This document shows, one piece after another, positions 12,862 through 24,681 of a stretch of DNA of 64,000 nucleotides. The notes beneath the pieces were generated by a model. It saw only the letters and a program-made list of their open reading frames with translations. It was not told where the DNA came from and did not search any database. Position 1 is the stretch's first letter; the number at the start of each line of letters is the position of its first letter. The DNA is taken from positions 5,248,108 through 5,312,107 of the forward strand of contig BFEA01000021.1 in NCBI GenBank assembly GCA_003427395.1, written 5' to 3'. Position numbers and translations under genes: made by a program. This stretch comes from Chara braunii. Lineage: Eukaryota > Plantae > Charophyceae.

Positions 12862-13090
12862 GGGCCTCGCACCACTACTCTAGAAATGCACATAAGACAA
12901 ACATCATGGTGGTGTATCTTTCCATGTCCTAGGGGAATATTCACTCTCGTTTTCCACATTTCGAGAGTGGTGTGGTGGACCGAGGCCCCGTGTGTTCCCT
13001 TTTTTTTTTTTTTTTTTTTTTTTTGTGGTGTATCTTTCCATGTCCTCTCGTTTTCCACATTTCGAGAGTGGTGTGGTGGACCGAGGCCCC
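12862..13090. mobile_element. GGGCCTCG-ended hairpin MITE (~125 bp) plus a partial tandem copy
   Basis: GGGCCTCG..CACCACTACTCTAGAAATG ... CATTTCGAGAGTGGTG..CGAGGCCC. Relatives lie at 62594-62715 and ~5401-5590. Confidence 0.65.
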
Positions 13091-13549
13091 GTGTGTTCCT
13101 TCTTTTTTTTTTTTTTTTTTTTGTGTTGAGGGGGGGGAAGTTGGGGATCAGTTCGCAGCCCGTCAGGGGTGCGTTTTATGCCCCTGAGAACATTTTTCGT
13201 CGTCTTTGGAAGGCTGGAAAAACAAGGCATGGCAGTTTAGGGGGTTGTGGCATCTTATTTGAAACTGCAGGACCCGTAGCTGCCCGTGGGACCGCACGGG
13301 TTTTGGGGTCTCGTTAGACACTCCTAAAAGAATCCTAAAATTTTTTGGACAGTCCTAAAGGTTTTTTAGGATTTCGTGCGTCGTGGTTACACGCATTCCT
13401 AAAAGACCATCGTTTAGGACCAGTCCTAAAAGGAAAAAAAAAAGAAAAGAAAAAAAGTCATGCTTCAGGGTTTCAGCCAATAGGGTGCACCAGGAGTCCA
13501 AGACAACGGTGCCATGCGCACGTCGCCATGACTCCGTCAAATGCGGGAA

Positions 13550-16500
13550 TGTGACGCGCAACCTCACGCCTTGTGCTGTCTTCCGTTCGGAGTGCTAAGA
13601 GTGCGGTAAGGGGGCCCAGAAAAACAGCAAGATGGGGTGTGCCAAGGATTTTTGGAAAATTGAGTGTGGGGACACAGACAGAACTGAAATCCCCCGTGTT
13701 GGCCCGATGAAGTAAGTCGGTTGCTTTCGCGCGTCGCGGAATGCGCGCGCGGGCACGGCGCGAAAAGAGAAAAATCCAAATTCAATCCAAAAAGTATTGT
13801 CGAGCTTCCCACCACGCTACGGATCTTCGTTTAGAGCGGAAGGGCTTCGGCACACTCCGCGTATCCCGTTTCCGTATTAAGTCCCGACGTCGCTCGTGGG
13901 TCAGTTTGTGTCCGACGTGGATGGTCTCAGCCGCGTGCCTCTTTCCTTGTGCTCGTCTTCACTCCGTATCCGGTAGTGGAAGCCCTTCGATTCGTAGCGA
14001 TCGAAACGCTGGCACTCAGTGCACAGGGTTCGAGGCCAATGGGGCACCACTGCCGTCCACGGAATGACGATCAGATCGTTAAATGGCAACAGTACTGAGT
14101 AGGGTGGAAAGTGCGTGTCGATAATGACAAAGCCCGCATCCACAAATCCAGAACAACGATTTTCGGGAGGGAAGTAATACTGTCCGCCGATTCGTGCGAC
14201 AGCTTCCCGTACGTCCCACTCGCATACACGTGTCCTTTCCTCGTTGTAAGGAAAGGGGCGCGTTGGCGAGGGAGATACGGAAGGCGTGCGCCCGATCGAG
14301 GAGCGGCCGTTAGTCCACATATCAATCAATCCAACAGAGTTTGCACAAACCCTCGAGACGTCATCAAAAAGCACGACCGAAAAAAATTAATTAGTATCTT
14401 TCTTCCCTTTGACACGAGAGAAGCATCCTACGGAACCCGCACAAGCATACATTGATCGGATTGAAGTTCCGAGGGATCAACCCGTGACTCAGTTTCGGCA
14501 GACCAGATCAACAAAACACGAGGCGCCTAGCTTTTTCGAGGCTGCCCCACAGACTGTCTGTTGATGTCGTGCAACATAAGGCAGATGGCATGCGCAGTGC
14601 GTTCAAAACGACAGATCTAAATACTCTTGCATTCTTGAACAAAATCCCGTTGAGCTCTGGGTCTAATCAACGCAAAAATACAAGCATCTCTATACATACA
14701 TCCACTGTGGAAGGTGCGAAAATGACAATAATGCACACGTTAAAGATGAATCGGGGGATTGTACACACGCATCCACCGCTCACAAGACAAGGTGATTGGG
14801 TTCCTTGTATCCGGGGATTACCCAGGAAACTAATGAAAGAGTTCCGGAAGAAGTTCTTTTTCGCGAGAAATCGGGTTAACTTCGATTCATGAGAGAAATA
14901 TAAACTCATAACACATCGTCATTCAAGTCAGAGAGAAAGAGAGGGAGGTGGGGGAGATAGGCAAGAACAGTTGAGACAGGAGACACCGGTATTCAACAAG
15001 GGAACATTCGACTTTGCAGTCGTGAACTCACACCAAAAATGATCCGCAACAATGAAGGCGCATTCGCCGTGAGATTCCAATATGGCCCCGGGTCAATCAT
15101 CCAATCAACTCCAACTACTGATCCTCATACTACCCGTACCGACGATCCCGGTCGTCGCGTGCTAATTTCCGCCACTACGATCGTCACCCCGCCGACGCAG
15201 ACCAGACTCGGCTCGGCTCGCCCGGATCCCACAGTCCGTCATGGCAATCAAGCGCGCAACCGGTTAGCCTACTGTCAGCCCGACAGGACTTTCCGACTCG
15301 CACCTAACACCTCACCTAGCCGCTGCTTCCCGGAAGTTGGCTTGGGAGTTGAGAACGTAAGAGAGATTTGCGGGCGCGTTTGCGAAATTTATAGTTGTGA
15401 GAAAGGAGATAGATGGGGGAGGAGACAGAGCGGAGATCGAGGTGTAAGGGGAGAAGGTTCAGCGAAAGGTGCTTAAGGGAAGCCATGTTGATCCTTCGGA
15501 ACGTGATACTCGGCCAATCAGATTCGTCGCGTAATAGAAAGATCCTCTTGCTCAACGCGTCTGATGGGGGAGTCGGGGTAATCGAAGGATCAACCGGGCT
15601 TTGTGAGCCAAGGTTGAAGAGCAAGAAGAGACGAGGCGCGAAAAGCAGCGCAAAAACGGGTCCAAGATTCAGATGATCAAGAAGGGGAAACAGACGCGCA
15701 AAAATCAGAGAGAGAAAGAGGAAAACAGTTGCGATAAGAGAAGAACAGGAGGAGGAAGGGAGAGAGAAGAGCGCGTGGAAAGAATGTCGCAGGAAATAAG
15801 GAGGAGGAAGCTCGCATGCGCGGTGCCGACAACAAGAGAAAAAGGCACCAAAACAGTTACAGCTTGCCTATATCCTACACCAATTCAAAAATTGAAATCA
15901 CCATATCCGCACACGAAAGTCGACACGGGAAATGAAACTTAAAGTCCTATGCCTATCCGTATTCTCACAAAATTCCTAGAGTTTTCTCCGTCGTGACCGA
16001 GAACATTCATGCAAGGAAAAAGATACGTCGGGCTCCGCTTATTCCGTAATTCCTAACTGCCGAGCCCGATTCTCAGTGCGCTCGCTAAGGCGCGCGTAAT
16101 TTCCCGTACATTTCCCGAATTACGAAAAGCAGAATTCCAAGAATCAATAGAACTTCCGAAAAAATGGGGGCCCAAACAAGGCGCCTGAAATCAAGAAAAG
16201 CGACGAGGGTTTTGTGGGGTTGGTATGATACAGAGAGGGGGTATTGAGTCAAGGGGTACGAAAGATAGCACGGGCTCGGGAAGTGGTTCGTTACATATGT
16301 GACGCGCAGGGGGTTCCAAAATTATGCGATCTCCTGATTGCATAAAAGTTCGAACAAAGGGAATAGGAGGAGACGAAGAAGCAGAAAGAAGTACAAGGAA
16401 CGAGGGGGGGGGGAAGAGAAGAGACGAAGAAGCAGGAAGAAGTAGGAGCTCGGATCGGCATGATGAGTTGGCGACAACATCCGTGGCAAGATCTCCGTGA

Positions 16501-19465
16501 AGCATGCCGGCTGATGTTGTTTCGAATCCCGTTCCCTGCAGCCATGTCATATGCAACCCCCTGTCCTTCGAACTTCAGAGATCGTCTAGGTGGCACCATC
16601 ATGGTCCATCAGATCTCCGTGTGCTCTGGACCCCCAGTCCAGCGCAGTCCATCGAGTCAGAGCATAAGTTGACGTCATCGTCAAGGGCGTGATCTTCGCG
16701 ACACTGCTGACTCGTACTGCTCGGAGGACACGTGGCGGGTCTCAACGCCGTGTGGGAATGGGAAAGTAGACATTATACATGGGGGGGTGTCGACGGGGAG
16801 GGTTGGGAGGAAGTGGGGGTAAGTATCGGTTCATCCCTTCCTCCGTGATCGGGAGCTCCTCGTAGCGGATGATCCGGTGAAAGCGGGGAAACCGATCGCT
16901 GCTGTGGGGGAGGGAGGCGAGGTAGTCAGGGTAAAGGGTGGAGAAAGTGCGAAAAAGTGCCGCGCGAAACTGATCGTGATGGCGACACATGGGGATGGTC
17001 CCTGTAATTACGCAGTAGAGTTCTACTGTGTTACTCTGTTCCCACGTGGCACTGAACAAGAGGACGTGTAAACAGAACGTGGGGTTTGCGGATTGGAGGG
17101 AAGGGTGGGGATGGACGGTGACGGCAAGACGGGTGGAGTAAAAGTGACCCAAGGTATTGGGAGGAAAGGGGTTGCGAGGGAAGGTGACGGGGGTAGAGAT
17201 CTGGCAGAGGGTGAGGTAGTCAAGGGGACGATGGAATAATGACCGGGGACGAAGGCTGATTCCCCGCATCGGTACGTGGACGAACTGGGGGACGGGTTGG
17301 GGTGGAGGGGGAGGGTGATCGGCTCCGTCTCCGTCGCGATGCACTCGGAGCCACGATTGCTGATCCGCCATCTTCGGGCTCGGGGGGCTCTGGATCCCTG
17401 GTTGGGTCGTCGTTGATACACAAGCTCGCCCCGTTGGCGATCTCCAGTTGGTTTTTCCCAGCAGCGATCTCTTCCCTTCTACGTGCCGCTTCGGGATTTT
17501 CCGCCTCCGTGCCTGTGCGCGCCTCTTCTTCCGGCAAGTCCTCCCACTCCGATCCGGCTTCCTCCTCTTCTCCTTCTTCTTCTTCTTTTACCTCCTCCTC
17601 TTCTTCACTCTGCTTCCCTTCGCTGTACTCACTATAACTTCCCTCCTCCGACGTTTTCTCGTCGGCGTCGCTCTCTTCTTCAGTGGCTTCCTCTTCTCCT
17701 TCGAGCGCCTCTTCAGGCTCTTCCTTCGGATAGAAGGCGTGATCGATGATTCCGTACGGCTTCAAGTACTCCTGCCGCGATGGCAAAGTGTTGTCACTCC
17801 CAGGTTCTTCCAAGCACGCAGTCCACTGAAGATACGGCGCCAATGTCCGCGTGATGACGTGCGGAGCGGGACTATCGTCGCTTTGGAAAATGATGTCGAG
17901 GGAGAGATCATCAGCTAGTTGCACAAGCGGGACGACGAGTTCTTGAGTAATTAGTTGGCGATGGTCCGGCCGCACCGATCTGAAGAGAAAACCGAGAAGA
18001 TCACCTTCCACGTCCATTCTCCAAGCCTGCAGGATCAACAGCTCCAGGTACTCGATACACGCAGGATGCTCACTGGTTTGCATCCACGTCACCTGCACTC
18101 GGGCCAAGCACACAGACAAATCGACAAAGGTCTCTCGCCACACCTGCCAATGCTCGGGATCAAGAAGCGGGACGACAAGAGGCTCGAACAGGAAAGAAAG
18201 GCGAGGATGGAGATCGGATTGCCAAAAGGTGGGAAAAAGAGAGGGGAGACCAAAGGTGGAGAGAGGAGCGAGAGGAGCGGCGCGGTTTATTGGGGGCGTT
18301 GGAAGGGGATGAGGGTGGGGAGCACGACTTTCGGCTGGCGTGGAGACGTGCGAATTCCGTCGAAATCAGTCTCGGATGTCGGGACCAGATTGTTCTCTGG
18401 ACGCGCAAGACCGTGATGCCAATCAGCTGACAACTGATGCGTCCACTCTCGTAGAGAGGTCAAGATCGCGGTATGTCGTAGTGGGCTGACCGCGCTGATG
18501 TCGTCGGTGAAGGCAGTGACCGTGGTGACGTGGCTCGTCCCTAGAGTCGCTCGTCGATGAAGAGCCACCACCTCTGCCAACACTACTGCCTGCTGACTCC
18601 CGGTGAATCGGAACGCAGCAGCGGCACACTCCCTGGGTGCAGAAGAACTGCGCTACTCTTCGAAGATCAGGACTGAGCCGCGGATGACGAACTTGTCGGA
18701 TCTCAGAGATGTGGCCACGTGGTTGCAGCAGATGATCGCCAAGAGCTTGCTCCGTGATGAAACTCATGGCAAGGACGGGGAAGAAGATGAAAGAGGGGAG
18801 CAGGAGGGAGAGAGCGAGGCGGGAACTAGATCGTCGTAGCCCTCTTCTTCGGCAGATGAGGGAGATGGAGGGAGATCAGAGGGAGGGAGAGGACGGATAT
18901 AAGAGGTATGGCGGACGATGGGGACAGAGCTATGGCTGGCGCTGGCCTTGGGCGCGATGCTCACCGTGTTAGCACCGTTGGGTCCGAGCTCGACAACGCG
19001 GAAACAACCAGAGAACTTGGGAGCGAGTTTCCGGTCGCGTGCACATTTACGTACCTGTACCAAGTCCCCTAATTTATATTGATGTTGGGGACCGACGTTC
19101 CCATTTCGGGCCTCGTAGCTACGGACTTGTCTTTCGTGGGCTAGATCATTCATTTTCTGTCTTTTTCGGGCTAGCTTAGGAATGGCCCTTTCCATTAAAT
19201 CGGCATACCTTTTGGCCTTGGCCTTAAGGGCGGCACGTGTGTCTCTACCCCCGGCTTCGGCAATTTCCGAGTTGCCCCAGTAATCGATACATGAGAGGCT
19301 ATTGGTTCGAAGCTGGAAGGGGGTGAACCCCGTGGATTCATGAGGGGTGGCCCGGTGAATTCCGACGATTTGGTATACGATCTCGGGCCAAGGACACGTG
19401 TCACGCGCCGCTAAATTTCTACGAAGGGCAGTCTTAATCATGCGATTGGCATTTTCGACCAACCC
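13550..19465 (-). mobile_element. Truncated Ty3/Gypsy element D: integrase C-terminus, extra downstream ORFs and 3' LTR (13550-16295)
   Basis: ORF 18764-19462 (GLVENANRMIKTAL..RATPHESTGFTPFQL..LAPKFSGCFRV) is an integrase tail homologous to 55600-56130. ORFs at 16742-18767 match 56298-58345. The LTR starts TGTAACG at 16295 and ends ..GCGTCACA at 13550. Confidence 0.9.
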
Positions 19466-20737
19466 GGAAGAAGGTGCGAGGTGGTTGGCTATGGTGGATA
19501 GGTGAAGAGGGTGGAGGAGGGAGAAGGTGTGCGGTGGTTGGCTATGGTGGATGGGTGAAGAAGAAGGAGGGGGAAGAAGGCGTGAGGTGATTGGCTATGG
19601 TGGATGGGTGAAGAAGATGGTGGAGGAGGAAGGTGTGGGGTGGTTGGCTATGGTATATGGGTGAAGGAGATGGAGGAGGAAGAAGGTGTGAGGTGGTTGG
19701 CTATGGCGGATGGGTGAAGACGACGGAGGAGGAAAAAGGTGTGAGGTGATTGGTTGTGGTCAGGGTTGTCACGCGGGGATCCCCGGGGCCCAAGCTGGGG
19801 TAGGGGTTTCACCCCCGGAACCCCGCCGCGGAGCTACCCGACCCCTGCCCCCGCCAAAACACCCCTGCCCCTGCCCCAACCCCGCCACCCCTGCTCCAAG
19901 TGCACACCCCCGCTCCTGCAACCCACACCCCCACACCCGTCACCTCCGCNNNNNNNNNNNNNNNNNNNNNNNNNNNNNNNNNNNNNNNNNNNNNNNNNNN
20001 NNNNNNNNNNNNNNNNNNNNNNNNNNNNNNNNNNNNNNNNNNNNNNNNNNNNNNNNNNNNNNNNNNNNNNNNNNNNNNNNNNNNNNNNNNNNNNNNNNNN
20101 NNNNNNNNNNNNNNNNNNNNNNNNNNNNNNNNNNNNNNNNNNNNNNNNNNNNNNNNNNNNNNNNNNNNNNNNNNNNNNNNNNNNNNNNNNNNNNNNNNNN
20201 NNNNNNNNNNNNNNNNNNNNNNNNNNNNNNNNNNNNNNNNNNNNNNNNNNNNNNNNNNNNNNNNNNNNNNNNNNNNNNNNNNNNNNNNNNNNNNNNNNNN
20301 NNNNNNNNNNNNNNNNNNNNNNNNNNNNNNNNNNNNNNNNNNNNNNNNNNNNNNNNNNNNNNNNNNNNNNNNNNNNNNNNNNNNNNNNNNNNNNNNNNNN
20401 NNNNNNNNNNNNNNNNNNNNNNNNNNNNNNNNNNNNNNNNNNNNNNNNNNNNNNNNNNNNNNNNNNNNNNNNNNNNNNNNNNNNNNNNNNNNNNNNNNNN
20501 NNNNNNNNNNNNNNNNNNNNNNNNNNNNNNNNNNNNNNNNNNNNNNNNNNNNNCCCCGCGCCCCGCACCCCACACCACCGGCCCCGCCGGCTGTTGGTCT
20601 TACCCCCGGCCCCGCACCAGCAGTTACCTCGATCCCACCAGTGGTGGGTGTGGCCCCGGGGGGGGTTCGGGGTGGGGCATAAAACCCCATTTTTGGGGTT
20701 TAGCCCGGGTGGTGCGCGCTCTCGCTGCGTACCCCCC

Positions 20738-20780
<43 letters not shown>

Positions 20781-21530
20781 ATTTTTTTTTTTGGGGGGGT
20801 CCAGAGCCGGGGTTGGGGGTGCCCACCCCCGGACCCCCACCAGGGCCCCGGGGCCGAGGCTCGAAAACCCTAACTGTGGTGGATGGGTAAAGAAGATGGT
20901 GGAGGAGGCAGGTGTGAGGTGGTTGGCTATGGTATATGGGTGAAGAAGATGGAGGAGGAAGAAGGTGTGAGGTGGTTGGCTATGGTGGATGGGTGAAGAT
21001 GGTGGTGGAGGGCAAAGTTGTGAGGACGTATGTTCTCTCCTCTTCGGTGGTGCCATAGCAGTAGCAGCCAAGCATTGGTCACCCATCCCAGAGCAGTAGC
21101 AGCCAAGTGTCGGTCACTCATCCCACAACAGTAGCAGCCAAGCGCCGGTTAGGGGGGGTCCGGAGTCGGGTTGAGGGTGCCCACCCCCGGATCCCCACCA
21201 GGGCCCCGGGGCCGAGGCTCGAAAACCCTGGCTATGGTGGATGGGTGAAGAAGATGGTGGAGGAGGAAGGAGCAGCAGCCAAGCGCCGGTCACTCATCCC
21301 TCAGCAGTAGCAGACAAGTGTCGGTCACTCATCCCACATTAGTAGTAGCCAAGCGTCGGTCACCCATCCCACAGTAGTAGCAGCCAAGCGCCGGTCACCC
21401 ATCCCACAGCCGCAACAACCAAGCGTCGGTCACCCATCCCTCAATAGTAGCAGCCAAGCGCCGATCACCCATCCCACAGTAGTAGCAGCCAAACGTCGGT
21501 CACCCATTCCACAGTAGTATCAGCAAGATA
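19466..21530. repeat. Two minisatellite arrays (~50-bp GGTGGTTGGCTATGGTGGATGGGTGAAG unit; ~38-bp AGTAGCAGCCAAGCGCCGGTCACCCATCCCAC unit)
   Basis: Directly visible tandem copies at 19470-19760, 20875-21020 and 21055-21525. Confidence 0.85.
19761..20872. mobile_element. hAT-like non-autonomous element
   Basis: Ends CAGGGTTGTC... and ...GAAAACCCTA, flanked by degenerate 8-bp duplications GTTGTGGT/ACTGTGGT (host repeat GCTATGGT). A second right end at ~21150-21230 is followed by GCTATGGT. Confidence 0.6.
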
Positions 21531-21559
21531 TAAGCGTAAGTAGACTTTACCATGAACCG

Positions 21560-23480
21560 TTGACAATGCATGAGCTTATGACTACTTGATCACTAGGAAA
21601 AACAGTAACACAAGTGGCGATTTATACCCAAGTGAAGAATGAAGCAAAACACGGAGAGAAAGCGAGTGACGCTCACTTTTGAGTTCACACACACAAAGTG
21701 AGAAGTAGAGATTTATATTAGAGTGAAAAAATAGACAATGCATGAGTTCAAGACCACTAGAACACTAGGAAAAGCACAGATACATGTAGCGATTTATACC
21801 CAAGTGAAGAATGAAGCAAAACACAGAGAGCAGATGAGTGAAACTTACTTTTGAGCATACATACACAAAAGAGAAAGTAGCGATTTACTCTAGAGTGAAG
21901 AAATGGACAATGCATGAGCTCAACACCACTAGAACACTAGAATAAGCAAAGATACATGTAGCGATTCACACCCAAGTGAAGAATGAAGCAAAACATAGAC
22001 AGTAAGTGAGTGAAACTCACTTTTGAGCACACATAAACAAAAGGGAACGTAGCGATTGACACTAGAGTGAAAAAATGGACAACGCAGGAGCTCAACACTA
22101 CTAGAACACTATAATAAGCAAACATACATGAAGCAATTCACACCCAAGTGAAGAATGAAGCAAACCATGGAAAGTAAGTGAGTGAAACTCACTTTTGAAC
22201 ACACATACACAAAAGGGGAAGTAGCAATTTACACTAGAGTGGAAAAATGGACAATGCATGAACTCAACACTATTAGAACACTAGAATAAACAAAGATACA
22301 TGTAGCGATTTATACCCAAGTGAATGAAGCAAAATATGGAGAGAAAGTGAGTGAAACTCACTTTTGAGCACACACCCTAAAAGGAAAGTAGTGATTGACT
22401 CTAGAGTGCAGAAATTGACAATGCATGAGCACAACACCACTAAAACACTAGAATAAGCCAAGATAGAAGTAGCGATTTACACCCAAGTGAAGAATTAAGC
22501 AAAACATGGAGAGAAAGTGAGTGAAACTCACTTTTGAGCATACACACACAAAAGGGGAAGTAGCGATTTACTCTATAGTGAAGAAATGGACAATGCATGA
22601 GCACAACACTACTAAAACACTAGAATAAACCAAGATAGAAGTAGCGATTTACACCCAAGTGAAAAATGAAGCAAAACATGGAGAGAATGTGAGCGAAACT
22701 CACTTTCGAGCACACACACAAAAGGGAAAGTAGCGATTTACTCTATAATGAAGAAATTGACAATGCATGAGCACAACACTACTAAAACACTAGAAATAAG
22801 CCAAGATAGAAGTAACGATTTACACCCAAGTGAAGAATGAAGCAAAATATGGAGAGAAAGTGAGTGAAACTCACTTTTGAGCACACACACACAAAAGGGA
22901 AAGTAACGATTTACTTTATAGTAAAGAAATGCACAATGCATGCGCACAACACTACTAAAACACTAGAACAAGCCAAAATAGAAGTACCGATTTACACCAA
23001 AGTGAAGAATAAAGCAAAACATGAAGAGAAAGTGAGTGAAACAACATAGAGAGAAAGTGAGCGAAACTGACTTTTGAGCATACACACACAAAAGGGAACG
23101 TAGTGATTTACTCTAAAGTGAAGAAATGGACAATACATGAGCACAACACCACTAAAACACTAGAATAAGTCAACATAGAAGTAGCGATTTACACCCAAGT
23201 GAAGAATGAAGCAAAACATGGAGAGAAAGTGAATGAAACTTACTTTTGAGCACACACACACAAAATGGAAAGTAGTGATTTACTCTATAGTGAAGAAATG
23301 GACAATGCATGAGCAGAACACCACTAAAACACTAGAATAAGTCAAGCTAGAAGTAACAATTTACACCCAAGTGAAGAATGAAGCAAAACATGGAGAGTAA
23401 GTGAGTGAACTCACTTTTGAGCACACATACACAAAGGGAAAGTAGAGATTTACTCTATAGTGAAGAAATGGACAATGGAG
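21560..23480. repeat. ~172-bp satellite, about 11 copies
   Basis: CCCAAGTGAAGAATGAAGCAAAA recurs near 21627, 21800, 21971, 22143, 22315, 22482, 22653, 22825, 22997, 23193 and 23366. Confidence 0.95.
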
Positions 23481-23539
23481 AGTCCATTACTAGTAGAGAA
23501 ACCCCTTACTATCTATACTAACCTTTGGGAAACATCCAT

Positions 23540-23870
<331 letters not shown>

Positions 23871-24681
23871 TCTTCATTCACCTCCTCTTGGGTCTTGGAA
23901 TTGATGTACTAGTCTTGGTGCTGCTCCTCCCCACTTGGCTATGACTTCCTTCTTCCTCACGCCCTTCTCCCCTTCTCAGTCCCCCTTAAGTTACAACAAA
24001 CCCCTACCACTATGGCTATGAAGTCCTCCCCTCTAGGAGGGTTAATGAGACTCTCCCTAGCCTTGCCTTCTTCCTCACAGCCTGGGGGATATGGCGGACC
24101 ACCTTCCTAGGCTAGCCTTACTATCACTAGCCTCTAAAGCACCTCACACTAGCTAACAGTCTCCTCTAAGCTCTCAAGCTGGCAGGGGTTCCCCTCTCCT
24201 CACTCCAAGTGAGAGAAATGTTTCTATGAGCTCACTTGGGCAGCATGGGCACACCTCATGTAAATGTGAGTGTGGTGGACTAAATTATTAGCTTACGTAG
24301 GCTGAAACTAGCACTCCGGCCAGCCAATGGGCCTCCTCATGTGCCTTGAGGTAAACCGAGATACCCCCAAGGCAAAAATTCACCATTAGGGCCTTCCAAG
24401 TTACCCGGGCCTTATTTTGACCAAGTACATGCAGTCCGAGTGGTTGGTACCAACTCGGATTGCCTCTTGGTCTCCTCCAGCCTCTTTTTCACCCCAAAAA
24501 TGTTGCCCCCTTGCGTCCAAATGCCCAAGAGGCAGCCTCACTTGAGAGAAAAAGTCCTAGAGGGTTTTTTTTTCGATTTTTTCAGTTTCTATCCCATTTT
24601 TTGTAGGTCGAGGTATTTACCCATGCCTCGGTGCCTTTTCAGCCTTGGGTCTGGCTGAGATCCAAGGCCAACAATATTTTG

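Noticed and set aside
21560-23480. CRISPR-like regular repeats (also 8355-8800 and 30100-30800)
   Set aside because: The units are wholly repeated or irregularly spaced with no unique spacers, there are no cas genes, and the context is eukaryotic.
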